Positions 8,528 to 17,044 of a DNA stretch of 64,000 nt are shown one piece after another. The position numbers and the translations under genes were made by a program. The first letter of the stretch is position 1. Each line of letters begins with the position of its first letter. The notes below the pieces were generated by a model. It worked only from the letters and a program-made list of their open reading frames with translations, did no database searches and was not told the DNA's origin. The stretch lies in assembly GCA_963801165.1 (NCBI GenBank), contig CAWDDT010000006.1, forward strand, positions 256,001 to 320,000, written 5' to 3'. This stretch comes from an uncultured bacterium (lineage in GTDB: Bacteria > Actinomycetota > Acidimicrobiia > Spongiisociales > UBA5794).

Positions 8528-8998
8528 ATGGGCACAACCAGGCGCTTGGGCATCATTGCCGGCCACGGGACTCTGGATGCCGCCTATCCCCCATTGATCC
8601 TCGCCACCTCGGCGGCGGCACTGGACATGGAGGCCGCCATCTTCTTCACCTTTTACGGGCTGGAGATCATCAAGAAGGGCCAGGCAGACAAGCTCCAGGT
8701 AGCGCCGATCGGCAATCCGGCCATGCCGGTATCCGTTCCCAACATCGTCGGCATGCTCCCCGGCATGACCGCCATGGCCACCCGCATGATGAACGGCTGG
8801 ATGGAGAAGGCCAACGTCGCCAAGGTCAGCGAGCTGCTCGAAATGGCGCAGATGGCCGAGGTCCGTCTCATCGCCTGCCAGATGACAATGGATGTGATGG
8901 GTATCAAGAAGGAAGACCTCATGGACGGCGTCGAGATCGGTGGCGCCACCACGTTCCTCGCCTACGTCGGCGAGGACGCCATCAGCCTCTCGTTCTAG
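8528..8998 (+). CDS. DsrE/DsrF/DrsH-like sulfur relay protein (DsrE2 type)
   Basis: GTLDAAYPPLILATSAAA..FFTFYGL and LIACQMTMDVMG (catalytic Cys). Confidence 0.9.
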   Translation: MGTTRRLGIIAGHGTLDAAYPPLILATSAAALDMEAAIFFTFYGLEIIKKGQADKLQVAPIGNPAMPVSVPNIVGMLPGMTAMATRMMNGWMEKANVAKVSELLEMAQMAEVRLIACQMTMDVMGIKKEDLMDGVEIGGATTFLAYVGEDAISLSF

Positions 8999-9056
8999 CG
9001 GAGTGTGCTGATGAATCGCCGTGCTTCAGGGCACTTCGTTGAAGGGAATGCCAGCA

Positions 9057-9425
9057 ATGGATGAAGACAAGGTATTGATCGTCATGACCAGCGGCCCGGA
9101 CACACCGCGCCGCTGTGCCACCCCGTTCTTCATGGCCAATCTGGCCGCGGTCATGGATCAGGAAGTGACGATGTTCTTCACGATCGACGGCATCAAGCTC
9201 GTCGAAAAGGGCGTCGCTGAGGACATCTACCCCAAGGCAGGCGGCAAGTCGGTCGCCGAGTTTCGTGACGACTGCATCGAAGCCGGGGTCAAGTTCCTGG
9301 CCTGCACTGCGGCTACCGAACTGCATGATCTCACCGAAGACGACCTGATCGACGAAGTCGAGATGGCCGGCGGCGCAACCATGATGGCCATGGCCACCGA
9401 AGCCGGCACCGTGCTGAGTTTCTGA
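9057..9425 (+). CDS. DsrE-family sulfur transferase
   Basis: TSGPDTPRRCATPFFMA..MFFTIDG..FLACTAA; two conserved-looking Cys. Confidence 0.88.
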   Translation: MDEDKVLIVMTSGPDTPRRCATPFFMANLAAVMDQEVTMFFTIDGIKLVEKGVAEDIYPKAGGKSVAEFRDDCIEAGVKFLACTAATELHDLTEDDLIDEVEMAGGATMMAMATEAGTVLSF

Positions 9426-9435
9426 GGAGGAGAAC

Positions 9436-9882
9436 ATGGCAACAGTCAACGGCTGCGACCTGCCCGAGGACGTCTTCTACAACCTGGAGAAGCACACCTG
9501 GGCGAGGTTGCTCGATGATGGCACAGTCCGGCTCGGAATGACCTCCGTTGCCGGCAAGCTGGCTGGTGGCACACTCGCTGCAGTCACGGTGTCTGCCCGC
9601 AAGGTCGGCAAGGAGATCGCGGCCGGCAAGAGCGTCGCCACCGTTGAGAGCAGCAAGTACGTCGGCCCTGTGCCGACGCCGGTCTCGGGAACACTGCTGC
9701 GAGGGAACGACCGCCTCGTCAACGAGCCGAATCTGGCGGTATCGGACCCCTACGGGGACGGATGGATCGCCGAGGTGACTCCCTCCGACTGGGACGGCGA
9801 GAGCCCGGCGCTGCCATCAGGCGCCGCCGGTGTCGCCGCCTACCAGGCGTGGCTGGAGGCAGAGGGGGTGTCCTGCACCTAG
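9436..9882 (+). CDS. lbpA: GcvH-like lipoate-binding protein, LbpA type
   Basis: Lipoyl-Lys in ATVESSKYVGP; DPYGDGW; N-terminal GC.LP and C-terminal Cys; lacks the GITDYAQ of true GcvH. Confidence 0.8.
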   Translation: MATVNGCDLPEDVFYNLEKHTWARLLDDGTVRLGMTSVAGKLAGGTLAAVTVSARKVGKEIAAGKSVATVESSKYVGPVPTPVSGTLLRGNDRLVNEPNLAVSDPYGDGWIAEVTPSDWDGESPALPSGAAGVAAYQAWLEAEGVSCT

Positions 9883-9940
9883 GTACGGATCCATTGCAGG
9901 CAGACACGCCCCGACCAAGCCGAACCGGAGGAGGGGACCT

Positions 9941-11080
9941 ATGGGCGAAGAATCGATATACGAACATCTAGCCAAACAAGGGGTCAGCCGCCGAGACTTC
10001 ATCACTTACTGCGGAGTCATCGCCGGAGGACTCGGACTCAACCACCTGGCACCAGTAGGCGCCAGCGGGCTGCCGGCGAGACTCGCCGACGTACCGACAC
10101 CCGATCTGACCGCGATGGTCAGCCGTGCACTCCAGACCAAGCCCCGGCTCCCGGTCATCTGGCTCGAATTCCAGGACTGCGCGGGATGCACCGAGGCTCT
10201 GACCCGATCGCAGTCACCGACGCTGATCGATCTCGTGCTGAACAAGATATCCATCGACTACCACGAGACGTTGTTCGCCGCGGCAGGGTTCCAGGCCGAG
10301 CAGAACCGCGACGCGGTCATGGAGCAGTACAACGGGCAGTACGTGCTGGTGGTCGAAGGCAGCATCCCGGTCGCCGACGGCGGCATCTATTGCACCGTCG
10401 GTGGGCGCACCGCGGTCGACATCGTCGAACAGGCGGCTGCGGGGGCCGCGGCCATCATCGCCACCGGCAACTGCGCTGCGTACGGGGGAATCCCCAAGGC
10501 GAAACCCAACCCCACAGGCGCCAAGGGCTTGATGGACATCATCACCGACAAGCCCGTGGTCAACATCCCGGGTTGCCCGGCGATCCCCGAATCGTTCACC
10601 GGCACCCTCGCCCACTTCCTGATCTTCGGAGAGCTGCCGGAGCTCGACGACCTGGGCCGACCCAAGGCGTTCTACGGAACGACCATCCACGACCGCTGCT
10701 TGCGGCGCCCCTTCTACGAGGCGGGCAAGTTCGCCAAGAGCTTCGACGACGAAGGAGCTCGCCACGGCTGGTGTCTCTACAAGCTCGGCTGCAAAGGCCC
10801 GACTACCTACAACGCCTGCGCCACGATCAAGTGGGACGGCGGCCTCTCGTTCCCGATCCAGTCGGGGCACCCGTGCCTCGGATGCTCCCAGCCGGACTTC
10901 TGGGACGGGGGCGGCTTCTACCAGGGTCAGTCTGCGCCGCTCGATAGGCCGGGCGTCACGATGGTCGGTACCGCGGCTGTGGTGGGTGCGGCCGCCGGTG
11001 CCGGGTTTGCGGTAGCGAACCGCTCGGCAAAGAAGCGTCTCGAGACCATCGAGGTAGCACCCGGAGAGGAGTCGTCATGA
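9941..11080 (+). CDS. hynS: Group 1 [NiFe]-hydrogenase small subunit
   Basis: Tat motif SRRDF, QDCAGCTE, GNCAAYGG, PGCP, IHDRC, WCLYKLGCKGP, HPCLGC; C-terminal membrane anchor. Confidence 0.95.
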   Translation: MGEESIYEHLAKQGVSRRDFITYCGVIAGGLGLNHLAPVGASGLPARLADVPTPDLTAMVSRALQTKPRLPVIWLEFQDCAGCTEALTRSQSPTLIDLVLNKISIDYHETLFAAAGFQAEQNRDAVMEQYNGQYVLVVEGSIPVADGGIYCTVGGRTAVDIVEQAAAGAAAIIATGNCAAYGGIPKAKPNPTGAKGLMDIITDKPVVNIPGCPAIPESFTGTLAHFLIFGELPELDDLGRPKAFYGTTIHDRCLRRPFYEAGKFAKSFDDEGARHGWCLYKLGCKGPTTYNACATIKWDGGLSFPIQSGHPCLGCSQPDFWDGGGFYQGQSAPLDRPGVTMVGTAAVVGAAAGAGFAVANRSAKKRLETIEVAPGEESS

Positions 11081-11754
11081 CCTGGACCGACACGCTCGAG
11101 TTCCTCCGGGGACCACTCTTCCGGATCGCGTTCCTCGTCTTCATCGCCGGGCTGGCGTACCGCCTGATCCGGGTGGTGACGCTGGGGTGGCCCAAGGACA
11201 AGGTGCTCTCGGCGGGCAGCAAGGCCAAAGGTGTAGCGACCACGTACGTCAAAGCGATCGGCATCTTCCCGTTCATCCCCTGGGTGAAAAAGACGTTCAA
11301 CGGCAATGCGGTGACGTTTCTCGCCGGCGGGATGTTCCATGTTGGGTTGATATCCGTGATCCTCCTGGGGACCGCCCACATGCTGGCGTGGAAGAGCCTG
11401 CTCGGCTTCGGATGGCCGACGCTGTCTCTGCCGATCATCGACTGGCTCGCCGCCGCCACCATCGCTGCCATGGTTGCTCTGCTGGTGAACCGCTTGACCC
11501 ATCCGGTCGTGCGCAAGCTGTCGGGGCCGGCGGAGTTCCTCAACTGGACGCTCGTCTTCCTGCCGATGGTGACCGGCTACATGATGACCCATCACATGTT
11601 CTTCAGGTATGAAACGCTGTTCAGCCTGCACATGTTGACCGTCGACGTGATGTTGATCTGGATCCCGTTCAGCCGGCTGTCGCACTTCGTGTTCTATTTC
11701 TTCTCACGAACGATCCACGGGGCGCAGTTCGGCAAACGTGCGGTGACTCCGTAG
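11077..11754 (+). CDS. isp1: Isp1/DsrM/NarI-like membrane cytochrome b
   Basis: About five TM helices; heme His candidates in MFHVG, TAHM, SLHML, PFSRLSHF; located between the hydrogenase subunits. Confidence 0.8.
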   Translation: MTWTDTLEFLRGPLFRIAFLVFIAGLAYRLIRVVTLGWPKDKVLSAGSKAKGVATTYVKAIGIFPFIPWVKKTFNGNAVTFLAGGMFHVGLISVILLGTAHMLAWKSLLGFGWPTLSLPIIDWLAAATIAAMVALLVNRLTHPVVRKLSGPAEFLNWTLVFLPMVTGYMMTHHMFFRYETLFSLHMLTVDVMLIWIPFSRLSHFVFYFFSRTIHGAQFGKRAVTP

Positions 11755-11757
11755 GAG

Positions 11758-13032
11758 GTGGCCATGAGTACACACATAGCTCTAGACACGTTCGTAGCGG
11801 AGACAGGTGGCTGGGTTGCGGCACAGCTCGAGGCGTGCACCCGCTGCGGTATCTGCGCCGAGGCGTGCCATTTCTACCAGGCCACAGGCAACCCCGATTT
11901 CGCCCCCGTGTGGAAGATCGAGGTGCTTCGCAAGGCCTACGAGCAGCGGATGACACCGGGCGGCAAGCTGAAGACCGCATTTCATATCGAGAAGAAGATC
12001 GACGACCAGGAGCTCCTCGACTGGAGCAAGATCGTCTACGAAGCATGCACGGTGTGCAACAAATGCTCGATGGCATGCCCGATGGGCATCGACCTGGGCC
12101 CGCTGATCCACAACGTCCGCACCGGCCTCGCCGCGGCGGGCCTGGTTCCCGCGGACCTTGCTGCGGCCGTGCAGAAGCAGCTCGACGAGGGCAGCCCGCT
12201 CGGTGTGACCGATGACGTTTTCGCCGACCGGATGGACTGGGTACAGGACGACTGGGACGTCGACATCCCGATCGACAAGGAAGGCGCCGACACGATGGTC
12301 GTCTTCTCGTCGATCGAGATCATGAAGTTCCCCGAGAACCTCGCTGACATCGCCAGGATCCTCAACACAGCCGGCGAGAACTGGACCTTGAGCTCCAAAG
12401 GCCGTGAAGTGGTGAACTTCGGTTTCTACGAGGGAAGCCCCGAGCACACTGCGTTGTTCCTGCAGAAGCTGGTCGACGCAGCGACTGAGTTGAAGGTCAA
12501 GAAGATCGTCGTCACCGAGTGCGGGCACGCATACGACGCGCTCCGGTGGACCGCCGCCAATCTGATCGATGTTCCCAAGGAACTCGAAATCACCCACATC
12601 GTTGCGTTGATGGACAAGTTCGTCAGCGAAGGCAAGATCAAACTGAAGAAAGGTGCCTTTGACGGAAGCGGCGGCATCGCGTTCCACGATGCCTGCAAGA
12701 TCCAGCGGCGTGGTGGCCATATCGAGGAGCCGAGGCGGCTGCTCAACATTCTGGCGCCCGAGTCGTTCCGCGAGTTGACCCCCAACAAGGAGCAGGCCAT
12801 CTGCTGCGGCGGCGGTGGTGGCGTGATCGCGATCAAGGAAGCCGATCCGTACCGCTTCGCCGTGTTCGGTCTCAAGATCGATCAGGCGAAGGTAGCCGGA
12901 GCGGACACAGTGGTGATGGCGTGCTCCAACTGCCGTCTCCAGTTCCTCGACGGGATCCAGCACTACGGCTCCGAGCTGAAGATCAAGGGACTATCGAACA
13001 TGGTTGCCGAGGCGATGGAAGGAGCGAACTGA
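11758..13032 (+). CDS. isp2: Isp2/DsrK/HdrD-like Fe-S protein with CCG domain
   Basis: CTRCGICAEAC and CTVCNKCSMACP ferredoxin motifs; TECGH, HDAC, CCGGGGG, ACSNC. Confidence 0.88.
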   Translation: MAMSTHIALDTFVAETGGWVAAQLEACTRCGICAEACHFYQATGNPDFAPVWKIEVLRKAYEQRMTPGGKLKTAFHIEKKIDDQELLDWSKIVYEACTVCNKCSMACPMGIDLGPLIHNVRTGLAAAGLVPADLAAAVQKQLDEGSPLGVTDDVFADRMDWVQDDWDVDIPIDKEGADTMVVFSSIEIMKFPENLADIARILNTAGENWTLSSKGREVVNFGFYEGSPEHTALFLQKLVDAATELKVKKIVVTECGHAYDALRWTAANLIDVPKELEITHIVALMDKFVSEGKIKLKKGAFDGSGGIAFHDACKIQRRGGHIEEPRRLLNILAPESFRELTPNKEQAICCGGGGGVIAIKEADPYRFAVFGLKIDQAKVAGADTVVMACSNCRLQFLDGIQHYGSELKIKGLSNMVAEAMEGAN

Positions 13033-13352
13033 TGGCGTCATTCACTCTGACTCCCGTGGAGAAGGGCATCATGCGCTGCCGCCACACCGGCGAGCTCAGC
13101 CATGAGGATGTGCAGACCCTCGCATCCTTCTTGCACGACTATCGAGGGAAGCTCCTGATCGACCTCACCGACATCACCGGGGAGGAGTGCGGCCGGCATA
13201 TCCATGAGTTCGCACCGATGATGCCGACCGCCGCCATCTTCGGGGCCGAGCTGGACCCGGGAGTGCTCGACTTCCCGGAGAGCTACTACACACACCAGGT
13301 GAAGCTATTTGACACAGAGGCCGAGGCGCTCGCCTGGCTTCGCGAGCAATAG
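13032..13352 (+). CDS. Small SpoIIAA/STAS-SEC14-like protein
   Basis: KLLIDL core and FDTEAEALAWL C-terminus; TGATG overlap with isp2. Confidence 0.6.
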   Translation: MASFTLTPVEKGIMRCRHTGELSHEDVQTLASFLHDYRGKLLIDLTDITGEECGRHIHEFAPMMPTAAIFGAELDPGVLDFPESYYTHQVKLFDTEAEALAWLREQ

Positions 13353-13360
13353 GAGGTCCC

Positions 13361-15100
13361 GTGGCTACACGATTGGTTGTAGACCCGATTACCCGTATCG
13401 AGGGGCACCTCCGCATCGAAGCGGAGCTGGACGCCGACAACACGATCACCGCGGCTTACTCGTCGGGCACGATGGTGCGTGGCATCGAGATCATCCTCGA
13501 GGGCCGCGACCCGCGCGACGCCTGGGCATTCGCCCAGCGCGCCTGTGGGGTGTGCACCACCGTGCACTCGTTCGCCTCGATCCGTTCGGTTGAGGACGCC
13601 CTCGACATCCAGATTCCGCATGCGGCCAACCTCATCCGGAACCTGATGATCGCCCAGCAGTACGTACACGACCATGTCATGCACTTCTATCACCTGCATG
13701 CCCTCGACTGGGTCGACATCGTCAATGCTCTCCAGGCCGACCCTGCCGAGACGTCGGCGATCCAGCAGAGCATCTCCACCTGGAAGAACTCGTCGCCTGG
13801 ATACTTCGCCGACGTACAGAAGAAGGTGCAGTCAATCGTCGACAGCGGCCAGCTGTCGATCTTTGCCAACGCCTACTGGGGTCATCCGGCGTACAAGCTC
13901 CCACCCGCGGTGAACCTGCTGGCGGTCGCCCACTACCTGGAGGCCCTCGACTGGCAGTCGCACGTCACCAAGATCCACACGATCTTCGGCGGCAAGAACC
14001 CGCACCCGAATTTCGTTGTCGGCGGTGTTCCGATGCCGATCGATCTGAACAGCGACACGGCGCTGAATGCCTCGAGACTGTCGATCATCTCCGACTCGAT
14101 CGACCGGATCATCGAGTTCGTCGACCAGGTCTATCTGCCCGACGTGCTGGCGATCGCACCCAACTACCTCGAGTACGCATCGATCGGTGAGGGTTTGGGC
14201 AACTTCCTCACCTGGGGCGAGCTTCCCGGAGATGACAACCGCGACACATCGAAGTTCCTGGTGCCCCGGACCCTGATCGTCAACCGTGACCTGACGACGA
14301 TCACCGAACCGGACCCGCGCGACTTTGAGCGGATGCAGGAGTTCATCACCCATTCTTGGTACGAGTACGCCGACGGTGACAACGCCGGGCTCCACCCCTG
14401 GGATGGTGAGACCAAGTTCAACTACACAGGTCCTCAGCCACCATATGAGGAGCTGAACGTTGACGGGAAGTACTCCTGGCTCAAGGCACCGCGCTGGAAC
14501 GGCATGCCGGTCGAGGTGGGACCGCTCGCCCGAGTTCTCGCCTTGTATGCGACCGGTCACGCACAGACCGTCGACCTGGTCGACGCCACCTTGAAAGCCC
14601 TCGACGCTCCCCTAGGCGCCGTCTTCTCCACATTGGGGAGAACCGCGGCAAGGGCGATCGAGTCCAAGGTGTTTGCGGACTCCTTGCGTACGACGTACGA
14701 CGAGTTGATCGCGGCGATCAAGGCCGGTGACACCAGGACCTTCAACAACGACCGCTGGGAGCCCCGCTCCTGGCCGAGCGAGGCACGCGGTTTCGGCTTC
14801 ATGGAAGCCCCCCGCGGCGCCCTCGGTCACTGGATCGTCATCAAGAACCGGAAGATCGAGAACTACCAGATGGTCGTCCCGACCACCTGGAACGCGTCGC
14901 CTCGCGACGGCAACGGGCAAGCGGGTGCCTACGAGGCATCGCTGCTCAACCACAAATTGGCGAAGCCCGAGTGGCCGCTCGAGATCCTGCGTACGATCCA
15001 CTCATTCGACCCGTGCATGGCCTGCGCCATCCACATGATCGACGCCACCGGCGAGTCGGTCGCCGAGGTTGCCACCGGCATGAACGTCTGCATGACATGA
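13361..15100 (+). CDS. hynL: Group 1 [NiFe]-hydrogenase large subunit
   Basis: VDPITRIEGH, L1 QRACGVCTTVH, EAPRGALGHW, L2 SFDPCMACAIH plus cleavable C-terminal tail. Confidence 0.97.
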   Translation: MATRLVVDPITRIEGHLRIEAELDADNTITAAYSSGTMVRGIEIILEGRDPRDAWAFAQRACGVCTTVHSFASIRSVEDALDIQIPHAANLIRNLMIAQQYVHDHVMHFYHLHALDWVDIVNALQADPAETSAIQQSISTWKNSSPGYFADVQKKVQSIVDSGQLSIFANAYWGHPAYKLPPAVNLLAVAHYLEALDWQSHVTKIHTIFGGKNPHPNFVVGGVPMPIDLNSDTALNASRLSIISDSIDRIIEFVDQVYLPDVLAIAPNYLEYASIGEGLGNFLTWGELPGDDNRDTSKFLVPRTLIVNRDLTTITEPDPRDFERMQEFITHSWYEYADGDNAGLHPWDGETKFNYTGPQPPYEELNVDGKYSWLKAPRWNGMPVEVGPLARVLALYATGHAQTVDLVDATLKALDAPLGAVFSTLGRTAARAIESKVFADSLRTTYDELIAAIKAGDTRTFNNDRWEPRSWPSEARGFGFMEAPRGALGHWIVIKNRKIENYQMVVPTTWNASPRDGNGQAGAYEASLLNHKLAKPEWPLEILRTIHSFDPCMACAIHMIDATGESVAEVATGMNVCMT

Positions 15101-15699
15101 GCGGGCGCCACGTCGTACTCGGCATCGGCAACATCCTCAACCGTGACGAGGGTTTGGGGGTAAGGGCGCTCGATCTGCTCGAAGAGCGGGTCGGCGTCGT
15201 CCCCGATGTCGAGTACGTCGACGGCGGTGTGATGGGCCTGACGCTGCTACCTCTAGTCGAAGAGTGCGACCATCTCCTCGTCCTCGACGCCATCGACGCC
15301 GGGGCCGAGCCGGGCGAGCTCATCGAGATGAGCGGAGACGAGATACGGCTGTTCAGCGGAGTCAAGATGTCCGAGCACCAGATCACCTTCCAGGAGGTCT
15401 TGGGGTTGGCGTTCATCCGTGACAAGCTCCCCCCTCACTTGCACCTCATAGGTGCGCAGCCCGCGAACCTGTCCATCGGCCTCGAGATCTCGGACCGGGT
15501 GCGCCGCACTCTCTCCCCCATCGTCGTGCGAGCCGCGGCAGTGCTACGCGACTGGGGATTCGAAGTGCCCGATGGGCTGGAAGGTAGCGACCGGGGGGAG
15601 GGGTCACGGTCGACGACGACCATCGCAGATCCTTCCGACGGTCCTATCCCCCCGACGTGGGCGGACAGCCGCGTCCCGAGCCGTCTCGGACCGGCCTGA
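15097..15699 (+). CDS. Hydrogenase maturation protease (HyaD/HybD family)
   Basis: VLGIGNILNRDEGLG, VDGG, LDAID, SEHQ. Confidence 0.92.
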   Translation: MSGRHVVLGIGNILNRDEGLGVRALDLLEERVGVVPDVEYVDGGVMGLTLLPLVEECDHLLVLDAIDAGAEPGELIEMSGDEIRLFSGVKMSEHQITFQEVLGLAFIRDKLPPHLHLIGAQPANLSIGLEISDRVRRTLSPIVVRAAAVLRDWGFEVPDGLEGSDRGEGSRSTTTIADPSDGPIPPTWADSRVPSRLGPA

Positions 15700-15701
15700 C
15701 C

Positions 15702-15995
15702 ATGTGTCTCGGGATCCCCAGTCGCGTCGTGTCACTCGAGAAGAATCTCCTCGGCATGACCATGGGGCGCGTCGAAGCGGGTGGTGTGGTTCGAGAGGTG
15801 TGCCTTGACTACGTTCCCGACGCTACGGTCGGCGATTACGTAATGGTCCAGATGGGCTTTGCCGTCAACCGGATCAGCGACGAGGAAGCCGGCGACGTCC
15901 TCGATGCGCTCGAGCAACTCGTTGACCTCAGTCCGATCGATCGCGATAGCCTCCCTTCAGGGTCCGGTGCCCTCAGAAGCGAGAACAACCAATGA
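15702..15995 (+). CDS. hypC: HypC/HybG/HupF hydrogenase chaperone
   Basis: MCLGIP N-terminus, VGDYVMVQMGFA. Confidence 0.92.
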   Translation: MCLGIPSRVVSLEKNLLGMTMGRVEAGGVVREVCLDYVPDATVGDYVMVQMGFAVNRISDEEAGDVLDALEQLVDLSPIDRDSLPSGSGALRSENNQ

Positions 15996-17044
15996 GACAG
16001 ATAAGGGTGCTGAACCTCGGCGAGGTGGACTCGGTCCGCTCTCAGTCGATCTATCACGCCGTCGGGAGGGCGCTCACCGCCGATTCCCCCGACACCATCA
16101 TCATGGTGACGGGCAAGGACCCTTATGTGTCGATCGGCTTTCACCAGGATCTGCACAGCGAAGTCGACACCGACTTCTGCGCCAGCGCCGGCTTGACGGT
16201 GGTGCGACGCGAGGTCGGCGGCGGCGCCGTGTATCTCGACCGCAACCAGATGTTCACCCAGTGGGTGTTTCACAACTCCAGCCTCCCTGGTGACCTCAAC
16301 GACCAGTTTGCGCTATATATCAAGCCGCTTGTCGACACGTATCGGGCGCTCGGCATCGACGCCTATCTGCGCCCCGTCAACGACATCCACGTCGACAACA
16401 AGAAGATCGGCGGCACCGGCGCCGCCCAGATCGACGAGGCCCGGGTGCTCGTCGGCAGCCTCATGTTCGACTTCGACAAGGCAACCATGGCCAGGGTGCT
16501 CAAGGTCCCGGACGAGAAGATGCGTGACAAGATCTTCGCCGGTCTCGAGCAATACATGGTGACGATGGCCGATCTGCTCCCCGAGTCGCCGGACCGCGAT
16601 GCCACCATTACGCTCTATCTCGAGAAGTGCGCCGAGACGCTCGACGCCGAGCTCGTCCCCGGCGAGCCCACCGCACATGAGTTGGAGATAGCAGCCGAGC
16701 TCGACGACCTCTTCGTCAGTGAGGAATGGCTCAACGCCAGGACTTCCCTCCCCCGCGATGGCGTCAAGATCCACGAGGGGGTCTCCGTGATCGGTGGGAT
16801 GTTCAAGTCACCGGGTGGGCTGATCCGGGCCACGGCCCATCGCATCGACGGTGCCCTTGCCGACGTCAACTTCTCCGGCGACTTCACCATCCTGCCTGCG
16901 GAGGGCCTCAAGGTCCTGGAAGATGCGGCGGCAGGGGACGTCACAGGTGTCCGGGGCCGTCTCCAATCGGTCTACACCGAGTACGACCTCGAGACACCCG
17001 GCGTCCTCCCCGAGCATTTCGTCGCTGCCCTGCTTGGCGGCTGA
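15992..17044 (+). CDS. Lipoate:protein ligase, Lpl(AB) domain order
   Basis: RREVGGGAVY, PVNDI..KKIGGTG catalytic domain; C-terminal accessory domain KSPGGLIR..FSGDF. Confidence 0.9.
   Translation: MRQIRVLNLGEVDSVRSQSIYHAVGRALTADSPDTIIMVTGKDPYVSIGFHQDLHSEVDTDFCASAGLTVVRREVGGGAVYLDRNQMFTQWVFHNSSLPGDLNDQFALYIKPLVDTYRALGIDAYLRPVNDIHVDNKKIGGTGAAQIDEARVLVGSLMFDFDKATMARVLKVPDEKMRDKIFAGLEQYMVTMADLLPESPDRDATITLYLEKCAETLDAELVPGEPTAHELEIAAELDDLFVSEEWLNARTSLPRDGVKIHEGVSVIGGMFKSPGGLIRATAHRIDGALADVNFSGDFTILPAEGLKVLEDAAAGDVTGVRGRLQSVYTEYDLETPGVLPEHFVAALLGG

Noticed and set aside
11077-13032. Dissimilatory sulfite reduction (dsrMK) or nitrate reductase
   Set aside because: No dsrAB/dsrC or narGH in the window; the position between hydrogenase subunits identifies these as Isp1/Isp2-like
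13361-15100. [NiFeSe] or O2-tolerant (6-Cys) hydrogenase
   Set aside because: L2 is DPCMAC with Cys codons; the small subunit has CAGC without the supernumerary Cys
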